Assembly (NCBI RefSeq): GCF_002087085.1 | Contig: NZ_MWQY01000016.1 | Location: 1 to 64,000 of the forward strand | Direction of reading: 5' to 3' | DNA length: 64,000 bases | In this document: piece by piece, positions 48,738 to 57,892 of the stretch | How the letters are laid out: each line of letters opens with the position of its first letter | How positions within the stretch are numbered: the stretch's first letter is position 1 | Notes under the pieces: generated by a model | Seen by the model: only the letters and a program-made list of their open reading frames with translations | The model's database searches: none | What the model was told of the DNA's origin: nothing | Program-made: the position numbers and the translations under genes

Positions 48738-49283
48738 ATGGATTTTCAGATAGATAAAACCATTACCCTGCGGGAATTACACGCCACCGATGCCGGGGAT
48801 ATTTTCCGTACCATCGACAGACAGAGGGAGTATCTTGGCAGGTGGCTGCCCTTTGTGGAAACAACAATACGCCTAGAAGACTCCCGGGCGTTTGTTTCTT
48901 CCGTTGTGGATGCCCCTGAGGATCGTTTCGAGCATGTTTTTTCGATTCGAGATACGGATACCTTCATCGGGCTTGTCGGTTTCAAGGATACCGACAGACA
49001 GAATAAAAAGACCGAGATAGGCTACTGGCTGTCGGAAGACCGGCAGGGGCGGGGGATCGTGACCCGGGCGGTGAAGCGGCTCTGCAAGTTTGCCTTCAGC
49101 GAGCTGGGAATGAACCGGATACAGATAAAGTGCGCCGTTGGAAACGAAGGGAGCAAAAGGATTCCACTGCGTCTTGGCTTTACCCTGGAAGGAGTTGAAC
49201 GGGACGGGGAGCTTCTTTCCGGCGGGGTCTATACGGATCTGGAGATCTACAGTCTTCTGAAAAGGGATGTTTCAGGGGATTAA
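48738..49283 (+). CDS. GNAT acetyltransferase (RimL/YdaF-like)
   Basis: EIGYWL, QGRGIVT, N..S..IP.RLGF..EG. Confidence 0.92.
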   Translation: MDFQIDKTITLRELHATDAGDIFRTIDRQREYLGRWLPFVETTIRLEDSRAFVSSVVDAPEDRFEHVFSIRDTDTFIGLVGFKDTDRQNKKTEIGYWLSEDRQGRGIVTRAVKRLCKFAFSELGMNRIQIKCAVGNEGSKRIPLRLGFTLEGVERDGELLSGGVYTDLEIYSLLKRDVSGD

Positions 49284-49469
49284 GGGGATCGTTATACGCA
49301 ATGCGTACTGTGTCCTCTTCAAGGGGCTTTCGCGCATTGCGTGAATCCCGCCGTGTCCATCAATTCTCAGGATGCATGTTTCCGGGGAAGGAGGACAGAA
49401 GTAGCCTGTCGGTCCTTGCCGGTGCCGTACGGGGATGACAGTACTTGCGCCGGTACGACATTTTTTCGC

Positions 49470-49498
49470 TTGACGGCACCCGAATCATCCAATATCCT
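49470..49498 (+). promoter_or_regulatory. Sigma70-type promoter candidate for the kinase operon
   Basis: TTGACG-N17-TATCCT. Confidence 0.5.
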
Positions 49499-49545
49499 GA
49501 AATCCTCAATTATAGTTTACTGATTTTCATTTTTAGGAAGTTTAT

Positions 49546-51693
49546 ATGCGTCGCACGTGGTTTTGGGCATTACTGGTATTTATTATATTCGTATTGCTTG
49601 TGGGAGCTGGAAGTTCCTTTCTTACCTATCAGAGGGTAGCCCGCCTGTCGGACTTGAAGACCCAGATGGATGAAACTCTCACAAAAATGGCGCAGCTGGT
49701 CAATGATACCTACTTCCTATTGTACGATTCCGACGATATCCGGGCTTCCCGGGAAGTATGGCGGGAATCCCTTGAAAATGCCTATATTGATCTGAATAAT
49801 TTGTCCCAGCACCCGGGGCTGCAGCACGTGGATTCAGCAATAAGCCAGGAGATAGGCCAGATCAGAAGCTCATGGGAAAATACCGTCAGGAACTATTTCT
49901 CCGGTGATCAGTTTCTGTTGAACTTCCTGGATTCCAAGGTTGAATTGAATACCAATGACAATATCAACAGCATGGTTTCCCAGGTTTCGCGGTTGATAAG
50001 TGAAACAGGAGTCGATTCAGGGCAGCAGGAGGACGTTTATCAGCTGAATCTGGCGTATTTGAGGCTGAGAACGGGAACAGCCCAGCTGCGGGTGTTTATT
50101 ACCTCCGCTGTGGAAGAGTTGAGAGGCAATGTCCAGGATGAAACCGACAGAGCGCTGGAACAGACGTTTACTGTGTCCGGTATTGTTCTGGTACTTCTTC
50201 TGCTGCTGATCGTTCTTGTTCTGACCTTCAGTTTGCGGGTCCTTCGTCAGGCCAATATCGACCTGGAAGAACAGGTCAGGGAGAGGACCAGGGCCATTCA
50301 AAACCTTCTGGACTTTTCCGGGGTGGGGTATATTACCTTCGGACCTGATTTGATCATCAATCCTGAAATCTCACGGGAATGCAATACCATCTTCGGGCGC
50401 TCGATCGCGGGGGAGAACATTGCCCAGGTTCTGTTTTCTTCCAGCCAGCGGCAGGAGGATTTCTCCGATGCCATGGCCCTGGTTTTCTCAGGAACCTCCC
50501 ATCCGGAGGTGGTTTTTAATGTTCTGGATTCCAAGACGTTCATAAATGACAAGACTATTGAAATGAGTTTTCGTCTGGTTGATGAGTCCACAATCATGGG
50601 ACAGCTCAGGGATATTTCCGAGACTGAAGAACTGCAGAGAACTCTTGAAAGAGAGAACAGCCAGCGGGAAATGGTTCTGAAGGCAGTGACCTCCAAACGC
50701 TATTTCCTGAGTATTCTGGATGATGCCAGGGAGCTCTTTGCAGCCCTGGAAGAGTGTATTGTGGACGGTAACTTCCACGCAGATGAAGAGAGAAAAAATC
50801 AGATAATCCGTGATATTCACACCTTCAAGGCCAACGCTTCCTTTTTGAGGATGGCCCGGACCTCGAAACTTGCTCACATGCTGGAAGATGTCCTGATTGC
50901 CCAGGGCATACTCTCCGACGAGGAACCCCTGGGCAACGAGATTGCCGAGTTGAAAAAGGCTTTTAACGATGAAGTCTCCAGCGTGGTTGAGGTCCTTGGC
51001 CAGGAATGGCTTAAAGGGGCGGATAAGATTGAGATCAGCCTGAGATTGCTCGAGAAGACTCGAAAGTTCGTGCGGGATCGCTACCCGGAAGACAAGTATC
51101 TGATTCATGCAATCGATGTTCTTTCGTATCTGCCTCTCTCAATGCTGTTCATGCGCCTTGGTGATATGAGCCGGGATCTCGCTGCAACCAACGGGAAAAG
51201 GGTGAATGTCCTTATCGAAGACAACGAGATTTCCGTTACACCTGAACAATACCAGAATCTGTTGCATGCGGTTAATCATATCCTTCGAAACATGATAACC
51301 CACGGTATTGAATTTCCGAGGCACAGGGAAAAAGCCGGTAAAAACCCCGAAGGTAACATTAAAATCCACTCCAGCCTGGAGGGGCGGGAAATCCAGATCA
51401 GGATTTCCGACGACGGGGCCGGTCTTTCCGTGAAAAAGATAACGGAACGGGCCAGGGAGATCGGATGGCTGGACGACGGGGGATCTCTGTCAACCAGGGA
51501 GAGTGTTAAGATGATCTTTGAACCGGGGTTTTCAACCGCTGATACTGTGACCGCTGTTGCCGGCCGGGGATTCGGACTGGCTGCGGTAAAAGACGCGATC
51601 TATCAGATCGGTGGAAAAATCAGGGTATCCACCGCCCCGGGCAGGGGTACAACCTTTATTATTGTGATTCCAAATGAAAGGATGGGATATTAG
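49546..51693 (+). CDS. Membrane-bound CheA-like histidine kinase (2 TM, PAS-like, Hpt, HATPase; no CheW domain)
   Basis: Two hydrophobic helices; RDIHTFKAN Hpt; HILRNMITHGIE, DDGAG, IFEPGFSTA, GRGFGL; protein ends right after the ATPase domain. Confidence 0.88.
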   Translation: MRRTWFWALLVFIIFVLLVGAGSSFLTYQRVARLSDLKTQMDETLTKMAQLVNDTYFLLYDSDDIRASREVWRESLENAYIDLNNLSQHPGLQHVDSAISQEIGQIRSSWENTVRNYFSGDQFLLNFLDSKVELNTNDNINSMVSQVSRLISETGVDSGQQEDVYQLNLAYLRLRTGTAQLRVFITSAVEELRGNVQDETDRALEQTFTVSGIVLVLLLLLIVLVLTFSLRVLRQANIDLEEQVRERTRAIQNLLDFSGVGYITFGPDLIINPEISRECNTIFGRSIAGENIAQVLFSSSQRQEDFSDAMALVFSGTSHPEVVFNVLDSKTFINDKTIEMSFRLVDESTIMGQLRDISETEELQRTLERENSQREMVLKAVTSKRYFLSILDDARELFAALEECIVDGNFHADEERKNQIIRDIHTFKANASFLRMARTSKLAHMLEDVLIAQGILSDEEPLGNEIAELKKAFNDEVSSVVEVLGQEWLKGADKIEISLRLLEKTRKFVRDRYPEDKYLIHAIDVLSYLPLSMLFMRLGDMSRDLAATNGKRVNVLIEDNEISVTPEQYQNLLHAVNHILRNMITHGIEFPRHREKAGKNPEGNIKIHSSLEGREIQIRISDDGAGLSVKKITERAREIGWLDDGGSLSTRESVKMIFEPGFSTADTVTAVAGRGFGLAAVKDAIYQIGGKIRVSTAPGRGTTFIIVIPNERMGY

Positions 51694-52164
51694 ATGAAAG
51701 CAGAATATGCCAACGTTTTTATACGAAGCGCGGTACACGTATTCAAGAAAGAACTGAATATTAATATGTCCCGTCAATCCCTGATTAAAAAGAATGCTCC
51801 CATTCCCGGGCTGCCGGTCTGTATTATCCTTGGAATAACCGGTCATGTTCGCGGGCAGGTGGTCTATTCTCTGGATAAAAGTTTCGCCCAGGATATTACC
51901 CATGCCATGCTGCCGAACAAACTGCCCCATGAGCTGAAAAAGTATATTAACTCGGCGGTCGGAGAAATCGGAAATATGATCACCGGCCAGGCCAGTATTG
52001 AGTTGGCCGGTCAGGATAAGATCATAAATCTGACACCTCCGGCTGTTTTTACGGGAGATCAGATGGTGGTTGATTTTCTTGAGATGCCGACAGTTTCGCT
52101 CAGGCTCCTCTCTGAGATGGGGATGCTCGAAATCAATATTGCGATAATGGAGGAGGTGCTGTAA
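51694..52164 (+). CDS. cheX: CheX-family phosphatase
   Basis: ANVFI, ILGITG, SAVGEIGNMITG (ExxN), TPP. Confidence 0.92.
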   Translation: MKAEYANVFIRSAVHVFKKELNINMSRQSLIKKNAPIPGLPVCIILGITGHVRGQVVYSLDKSFAQDITHAMLPNKLPHELKKYINSAVGEIGNMITGQASIELAGQDKIINLTPPAVFTGDQMVVDFLEMPTVSLRLLSEMGMLEINIAIMEEVL

Positions 52165-52538
52165 TGATACGCGGATTAATCGTGGACGACGCCGCAATCA
52201 TGCGCCTGCGGCTCCGTGAAATTCTCGAACCCAGGTATGAAATCGTGGCGGAGGCCGGAGATGGCAATGAAGCCATTGAAATGTATGACAGATATAAACC
52301 GGATTTTATTACCCTGGATATTTCCATGCCCAATACCAATGGTATGGAAGCCCTGGAGATCCTGATGCAGAGAACTCCTCCTCCGCGGATCATAATTGTC
52401 AGTGCCGTAGGACAGCAGCGGCTGGTGATAAAAGCACTTCAGGGCGGGGCTAAGGATTTTGTTATTAAACCCTTTGAATCCCCCCGGGTTCTTAAGGCTG
52501 TAGAAAGGGTTATGTCTAACGGAACCAATCCCGGATAA
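52164..52538 (+). CDS. Single-domain CheY-like response regulator
   Basis: IVDD, TLDISMP, VSA, KPF. Confidence 0.93.
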   Translation: MIRGLIVDDAAIMRLRLREILEPRYEIVAEAGDGNEAIEMYDRYKPDFITLDISMPNTNGMEALEILMQRTPPPRIIIVSAVGQQRLVIKALQGGAKDFVIKPFESPRVLKAVERVMSNGTNPG

Positions 52539-52782
52539 GGGAATAAGTAATAAACTCCATTGATCTGGTTGTCCGTGGTGCAGCCTTAATGAGTCTCGGA
52601 AGGCCTTCTTTCTCCGTCCCGTCTATCTGCGATATCCTGGGATCTGTAGTTCCAGTTCCGTCTGCTTTACTCTGGAAGGAGTCGAACGGGACGATGAGCC
52701 CTTCTCCGGTGGGGATTATACCGGTCTGGTGGTCAACAGTTTGTAAAAAAGAGCCTGACAGGGTGCTCGATAGATTCAATCC

Positions 52783-53916
52783 CTATCGCACCCGTTCCTG
52801 TTCTATCCGTGATATTTCCGGATGCTCGATCAAGTAGTCTGCCAGCTCCTTCTCATCCAGGTTCAGATAATCGTACCAGCTGCCTCGGTCAAGGGACCCT
52901 CCCGGAACTGCGAACTTGGTATAGTGCTTGTACGTCGCCAGATCCATTCCTGCCGAAAGGGTATGGGGGAATATGCTGCGGAAGCGGCCCAGGATCGCCA
53001 GTCCGTGGAGGTCCATATCGCCCCAGTAATACAGGTTTTTACGCATCAGCCAGGGAACTTCCTTTAGCCGCTGACAGGCGTTCCCCTGTCCCCATATAAG
53101 CAAGGTTGTCTCCTGAGATTCTCTTTTCAGTATCGATGTAATAAGCGGCGGAAGGGGGCGGATAAAACATGCCTTGTTTTCGATTACAAGGATCCGTTCA
53201 GCCGGGAGTTCCATAGTGGAAAATTCTTCCACGGGGAAGATCCCCATGTCGGCATTGTAAAAAGAGTACGCCGCTTCATAAAAGCGTGTCCAGACAAAAA
53301 AATCACTGGAGTAAATCGGACTATCCAGATCAAGGGATTCTCTTCCCATCTCTTCCAGTATTTTCTGTATGGGGGTTCTGTTCCGCTCAATAAACTTGGT
53401 GTCAAGGCTGATGGGAAGGGTTCGACGGTTGAGCCCTCTCAGATCGGTGTTGGTATGAAGCTCCGATAGTTGATGCGCCGTGCGGAGAATATCCGGCCAT
53501 CTGTCGAGGTAACGTAGAATCATTGGAATGTTTCGGCACAGCCATGGGTCTGGTACGGCGATAGTCTTTCGGGTAAGATCGATCGCCTCAAAAAGAGCGG
53601 CTACCTCAGCTTTTTTCCCGATAAACCGGAAAAGGTCCTCCGGTGTTTCGAAGAGAATCGCCTTGGGGATGGTCTGAGTTCCGAATTTCCTTGTCCGGAC
53701 GGTTTTGAACTCAATGACGTACCCGAATCCCTTTTGTTCTTTGGCCTGCGTTTCCAGCTTCCGGATCTGCCTTACCGCCTCGTTATATTGACTGAAATCA
53801 ATTTTGAGATTGACCCTCGGCCGGTAAGGGAAGACAGATTCCCCGGTGACAACCAGTTTCAGGAATTCAGGGTAGCGGGTTAACAATCTGCTTCGCAGTT
53901 CTTCGGGGCTTATCAT
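52783..53916 (-). CDS. jetD: Wadjet nuclease JetD (DUF3322 + DUF2220 TOPRIM)
   Basis: VIENK, GQG, YWGDMDLHG, RIEQE. Confidence 0.92.
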   Translation of the reverse strand: MISPEELRSRLLTRYPEFLKLVVTGESVFPYRPRVNLKIDFSQYNEAVRQIRKLETQAKEQKGFGYVIEFKTVRTRKFGTQTIPKAILFETPEDLFRFIGKKAEVAALFEAIDLTRKTIAVPDPWLCRNIPMILRYLDRWPDILRTAHQLSELHTNTDLRGLNRRTLPISLDTKFIERNRTPIQKILEEMGRESLDLDSPIYSSDFFVWTRFYEAAYSFYNADMGIFPVEEFSTMELPAERILVIENKACFIRPLPPLITSILKRESQETTLLIWGQGNACQRLKEVPWLMRKNLYYWGDMDLHGLAILGRFRSIFPHTLSAGMDLATYKHYTKFAVPGGSLDRGSWYDYLNLDEKELADYLIEHPEISRIEQERVR

Positions 53917-56900
53917 TGATTCATGGCCTGCATTTCCCGGTAGTTCTCTATGCTCAGATGATGCGGCACAGCATACTCTTTCTGCTTCTCGATAAAACAG
54001 ACTGATCCGATATGCTTTTCGACTATGTTGATCCTGTCAAGGGGAGTAATGATCATCAGCTGTAGACCCATGGTTTTGAACAGATCCATGGCGAATTCTG
54101 AATTCTCCGGATCGACCTTGGAAAATATTTCATCCACAATAATAAAGCGGAAGGAGCGACCTGTCTGCTCGTGCTGTTCACGGTTAAGTCCGTATTGATA
54201 GGCTACGGCGGAAGCGAGGATCGTATAGGCAAGTTTGGCCTTTTCTCCACCGGAAAGGCTCATGGAATCCTCGTAGTACTGTTTCTGCTCATCGTTGTCC
54301 CGGTACAATTCTATTGCGCCGAACTCAAGCCAGTTGCGTACATCCAGAACTTTCTTTCGCCAGGTATCGTCCTCGGAGAGTTTCGAAATAAGTTCCTGTA
54401 TCCGTATAAAGGAGGCTTCCAGCTCAACTTCACTGTTTTCTCCGCCACTTCCGGTTTGCCTGGCGTTTCCCATGGAGCTTCTCAAAAGGGCACGAAACTC
54501 CTGAACGGACACATCCCGGGCGGCCCTGGTATCAAGGCGTATGTAGGTTTCCGGCAGTCTGGAATATCTGACCGAAATCAGAGAGCGATTGAGGTTTCCG
54601 ATATCTTCCTTGATCTTTTTCTCGGTAAGATCAAGGGTATTGCTGAAGGAAATGATGTTTTCGAACATTCGCTCATTCATGAACTTGCGAAAGTCTTTTT
54701 TGTATTTTGGCAGGTCGTCCTTTTGTATTCTGTCGTGGACCGAAATAAAATCATCAAGAAAATCCGGGTTGGCGGAGAGATGATGCGTATCCGAGGACCA
54801 CCCGGGAAAACTCCTTGCCAGTTCAGCTCCGGGGAATAGAAACCGGTTCATGGCATTAATCAGGTCCCGGCTGACCTTGTCGATCTTCTTTACGGTGTTC
54901 TCGATGTTGGAGCGGTTCTCCTCCATTACAGCTATCTGCTGTGATTTAATCCTTTCAATAGGGTCGAAGCCTTCCGTTTTCTTACGGGTGAGCAGTTTTT
55001 CTATAAACGGGGAAACACTGTCGAGTTCTGACCGCTGAGTTTCATCGAGTTCTTCCAGCAGCGCCAGGCTGGTTTTTATCTGTTCCTTCAGACTGCTGAT
55101 TTTCTGCTTGCATAGGGCTATATCTTCAAGAAGATTGTCGCGTTTTTCTTCCATTTTTCTGCGGGCTTCTTCCAGTTCCCCTTTCTTTGCTTCCAAAGCC
55201 CTCAGCGCGTCCGCGCTCTGCAGCAGGGACGTTTTCTGGGCCTCCAGATCGCCGATTCTTTCGGCAAGCTCCGCCCAGTCAATTTCACTGTACTGTTCCA
55301 AGGCGACAATTGTTCTTCCGGATTCTATTCTGTCCCTCAGTCCTGCAATTGTCTGCTGGGATTTGTTGACGGATTTCTTCAGTTCTTCCAGAATCGCACC
55401 TGTATTCCGGTGTTGTTCCTGCAGGAAGGCGATCTTCCGGCTGTTGTCCCAACCGAGAACATAGCGGTCTCTGTCCCATCGTCCCGGACGATCGTCTTTT
55501 TCATGTTTTCGCCTGCCCTTAACCAACCCCCGGGAAGTAACAGCATAGGTTGTGTGGGAAAACTCTTTAAGATCATCGGTGCACAGGTAGTCAAAGCGGT
55601 CAAGGAGCGTGGATGCCAGCCAGGAAGAGAATGGGGTGTCCGGGCGTACTTCCAGTTTTGCAGGCAGGGTTGCAGGTTCCGGGGTAAAAAGTTCTTCTCT
55701 GGTACCGCTTTGGAATTTACTCCGGCTATCGGGTATCCGGTAGTAGATCAGTCTGCCTTTAAGATCGGTTGAATTGATGTAGGTAGTCGCCTGCTGATAC
55801 AGGCCTTCGGGCACCAGGACACTAAGGGCGAAGCTGTGCAGCAGTTTCTCCGCTGCTTGTTCCCAGCGCCTTTCATCCTCCCGTATTTGTATAAGCTCTC
55901 CTGCAAAGGGGAGTTCTGCAGGGGCTGCTTCAAGAGCGTCACACAGTTGCCTTCGCAGATGGAGGACTTTTGAAGGGATGTTCGATCGTCGATCCCGGAG
56001 GGATTTAATCTCTTTTTCCAGTTCTGAGGAGATGCTTTCCTGGTCTTCCTGCTTCCGTTCGATGTTACGAAGGTCTCTTTCCGCCTCTTTAACCTGATTT
56101 TCCTTCTTTTTGATCAGCGTTTGTACCGTGCTTCTGTTTGTGTTGAAGACATCTGCGGATACCGGGGCGGGCAGGCCCAGGGACTCAGAGCATCTTATAT
56201 ATTGGGAATGACGTTTTTTGAGCTCCTGTATCCGTTCCCGTGCTCCCGAAAGGTTGTTTTCGATTTCCCTGAGTCTGCCGGAAGTCGAATCCCGGGCGAT
56301 AGCAGTGTTTACTGATTCCAGTTCACGCGCTGTTTTTTCCTTTTCCTGTTCAATCCGTCCTTTTTCCGACAGATGCCTTTCCAGCAGAGACGATTGCTCA
56401 GCGTGAAATTCTTCGGCTTTTTCCTGAATACGTGCGGCAAAGAAGAAAGGTATCCCCTGGCTGATGCTATGCAGCTGTTCCCGCTCCTTCTGAATGGTGC
56501 GGTATTTTTCACCGTTTTCCTTTATTTCGGTCAGGAATTCCAGCTGCTTTTCCGCCATCTCAATCTTGTTGTGGGTTTGCAGCAGGTCCTGATAATTACC
56601 TTTGAGTTTATGAAAATCCTCCTCCATTCCCGGCTCTTCTATCATGTGGGTACGGATAAAAACATTCAGGTTTTCGATCTGTTTTACACCGACTATCTGG
56701 GAAAAGAGGTTCAGTGCTTTCTCGGAGCGGAGTCCAAGAGCCCGGATAAGGTACTGCTGATATTTTGCGAAACTGTCGTGCCAGGCGATTCCCGGGATAC
56801 TGCCCAGACGTTTACGGTATTCTCTTTTTGCGTCCAGGGGCTGTAAATGCTCCTGAATATGCAAGGGGGCGTCGGCGGTAATATATTCCCGTTGTAGTCC

Positions 56901-57323
56901 CGAAGCGGAAAACCAGCGGATCTGGGCAAGGCAAAAAGAAGCATTGTTTAGATTGTTGCTGAATCCCGCTACCAGAATGGAGTAGCAGCTTTTATCCCGC
57001 AGATTTGAGACGGCGGAACGGCCGGCATCATCGTTGCGAATACTTCCGTAGGCTCCAAGTACATAGGTCTCTTCGGTACGGTCCCGTTTACGTTCGCTTC
57101 CGGAGGACTGGTTGTAATGGCGTCTGACCGGGGGAACCAGGAGTGTAACAAGGGCATCCGCCAGGGTCGTCTTTCCCGAACCGTTCGCCCCCGTAATCAG
57201 GATGGATTCGCAGTCTGGTTTGATCCGCCATATTCTTTCGTGAAATCCGCCCCAGTTATAGATCTCGAGATACGCCAGCCGGAACCCGCTGTCGATAATC
57301 TGTTCAGGAAACAGCATCTCCAT
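53913..57323 (-). CDS. jetC: Wadjet SMC ATPase JetC
   Basis: GANGSGKT, long coiled coils, LPFAGELI hinge, SLSGGEKAKLAY, IVDE. Confidence 0.93.
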   Translation of the reverse strand: MEMLFPEQIIDSGFRLAYLEIYNWGGFHERIWRIKPDCESILITGANGSGKTTLADALVTLLVPPVRRHYNQSSGSERKRDRTEETYVLGAYGSIRNDDAGRSAVSNLRDKSCYSILVAGFSNNLNNASFCLAQIRWFSASGLQREYITADAPLHIQEHLQPLDAKREYRKRLGSIPGIAWHDSFAKYQQYLIRALGLRSEKALNLFSQIVGVKQIENLNVFIRTHMIEEPGMEEDFHKLKGNYQDLLQTHNKIEMAEKQLEFLTEIKENGEKYRTIQKEREQLHSISQGIPFFFAARIQEKAEEFHAEQSSLLERHLSEKGRIEQEKEKTARELESVNTAIARDSTSGRLREIENNLSGARERIQELKKRHSQYIRCSESLGLPAPVSADVFNTNRSTVQTLIKKKENQVKEAERDLRNIERKQEDQESISSELEKEIKSLRDRRSNIPSKVLHLRRQLCDALEAAPAELPFAGELIQIREDERRWEQAAEKLLHSFALSVLVPEGLYQQATTYINSTDLKGRLIYYRIPDSRSKFQSGTREELFTPEPATLPAKLEVRPDTPFSSWLASTLLDRFDYLCTDDLKEFSHTTYAVTSRGLVKGRRKHEKDDRPGRWDRDRYVLGWDNSRKIAFLQEQHRNTGAILEELKKSVNKSQQTIAGLRDRIESGRTIVALEQYSEIDWAELAERIGDLEAQKTSLLQSADALRALEAKKGELEEARRKMEEKRDNLLEDIALCKQKISSLKEQIKTSLALLEELDETQRSELDSVSPFIEKLLTRKKTEGFDPIERIKSQQIAVMEENRSNIENTVKKIDKVSRDLINAMNRFLFPGAELARSFPGWSSDTHHLSANPDFLDDFISVHDRIQKDDLPKYKKDFRKFMNERMFENIISFSNTLDLTEKKIKEDIGNLNRSLISVRYSRLPETYIRLDTRAARDVSVQEFRALLRSSMGNARQTGSGGENSEVELEASFIRIQELISKLSEDDTWRKKVLDVRNWLEFGAIELYRDNDEQKQYYEDSMSLSGGEKAKLAYTILASAVAYQYGLNREQHEQTGRSFRFIIVDEIFSKVDPENSEFAMDLFKTMGLQLMIITPLDRINIVEKHIGSVCFIEKQKEYAVPHHLSIENYREMQAMNQ

Positions 57324-57325
57324 AT

Positions 57326-57892
57326 TTACTTTTCTCCATCGGTGAGTTTTGCCTTGAACTCATCTATGAACTCCGGAGTCACTCTGGCTTTCATTATGGG
57401 AAGGATCTCGAAGCGGGGATCATCGCTTTTCAGCTCAGCAGATACCGTACGGATATATTTAAGGCGTTCCAGTGCAGAAATGTGCTTGTCCAGATCACGA
57501 ATAAGACGCACTTCGTCGCCGGAATCGGGAAAGTATACGCGAAGTTTGTCCCGTATCTGTGAGAGGCTGATAAACACTTTAAGGCTGTCGCTTTTATCCG
57601 GATCGAAACGTTCCAGTTCCTCCCTCAACAGAATCGCAAGCAGGGAGACTTCGAAGGAAAGAGGCCGGCGCGGAGTAAGTCGCGGAAGGTCCCCGTCCTC
57701 CTGCCCGTCCTTCTGGGTAATAAAGGCAAACCCTTCGGCCTCGGAGAGAACCAGTTCAAGGCCGATACGGGAGAGGTAGTCGGCGGCTTTTCGCTGCAAT
57801 ATCAGTAGTTCTCCCCAATGCGGGTCGTCGTAATAGAGAGGACCCTTAAGTAGTTTAAGGACCAGGGGCGCGAAATCGGCGTATTCAGCCAT
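57326..57892 (-). CDS. jetB: Wadjet JetB (DUF4194)
   Basis: YLSRIGLEL...EGFAF, LPRL..RRPLSF..SLL..LLR. Confidence 0.9.
   Translation of the reverse strand: MAEYADFAPLVLKLLKGPLYYDDPHWGELLILQRKAADYLSRIGLELVLSEAEGFAFITQKDGQEDGDLPRLTPRRPLSFEVSLLAILLREELERFDPDKSDSLKVFISLSQIRDKLRVYFPDSGDEVRLIRDLDKHISALERLKYIRTVSAELKSDDPRFEILPIMKARVTPEFIDEFKAKLTDGEK

Noticed and set aside
52516..52779. 87-aa ORF after jetD as a fifth Wadjet gene
   Set aside because: TTG start without a clear RBS, no recognisable motif, overlaps the cheY end; unsupported.
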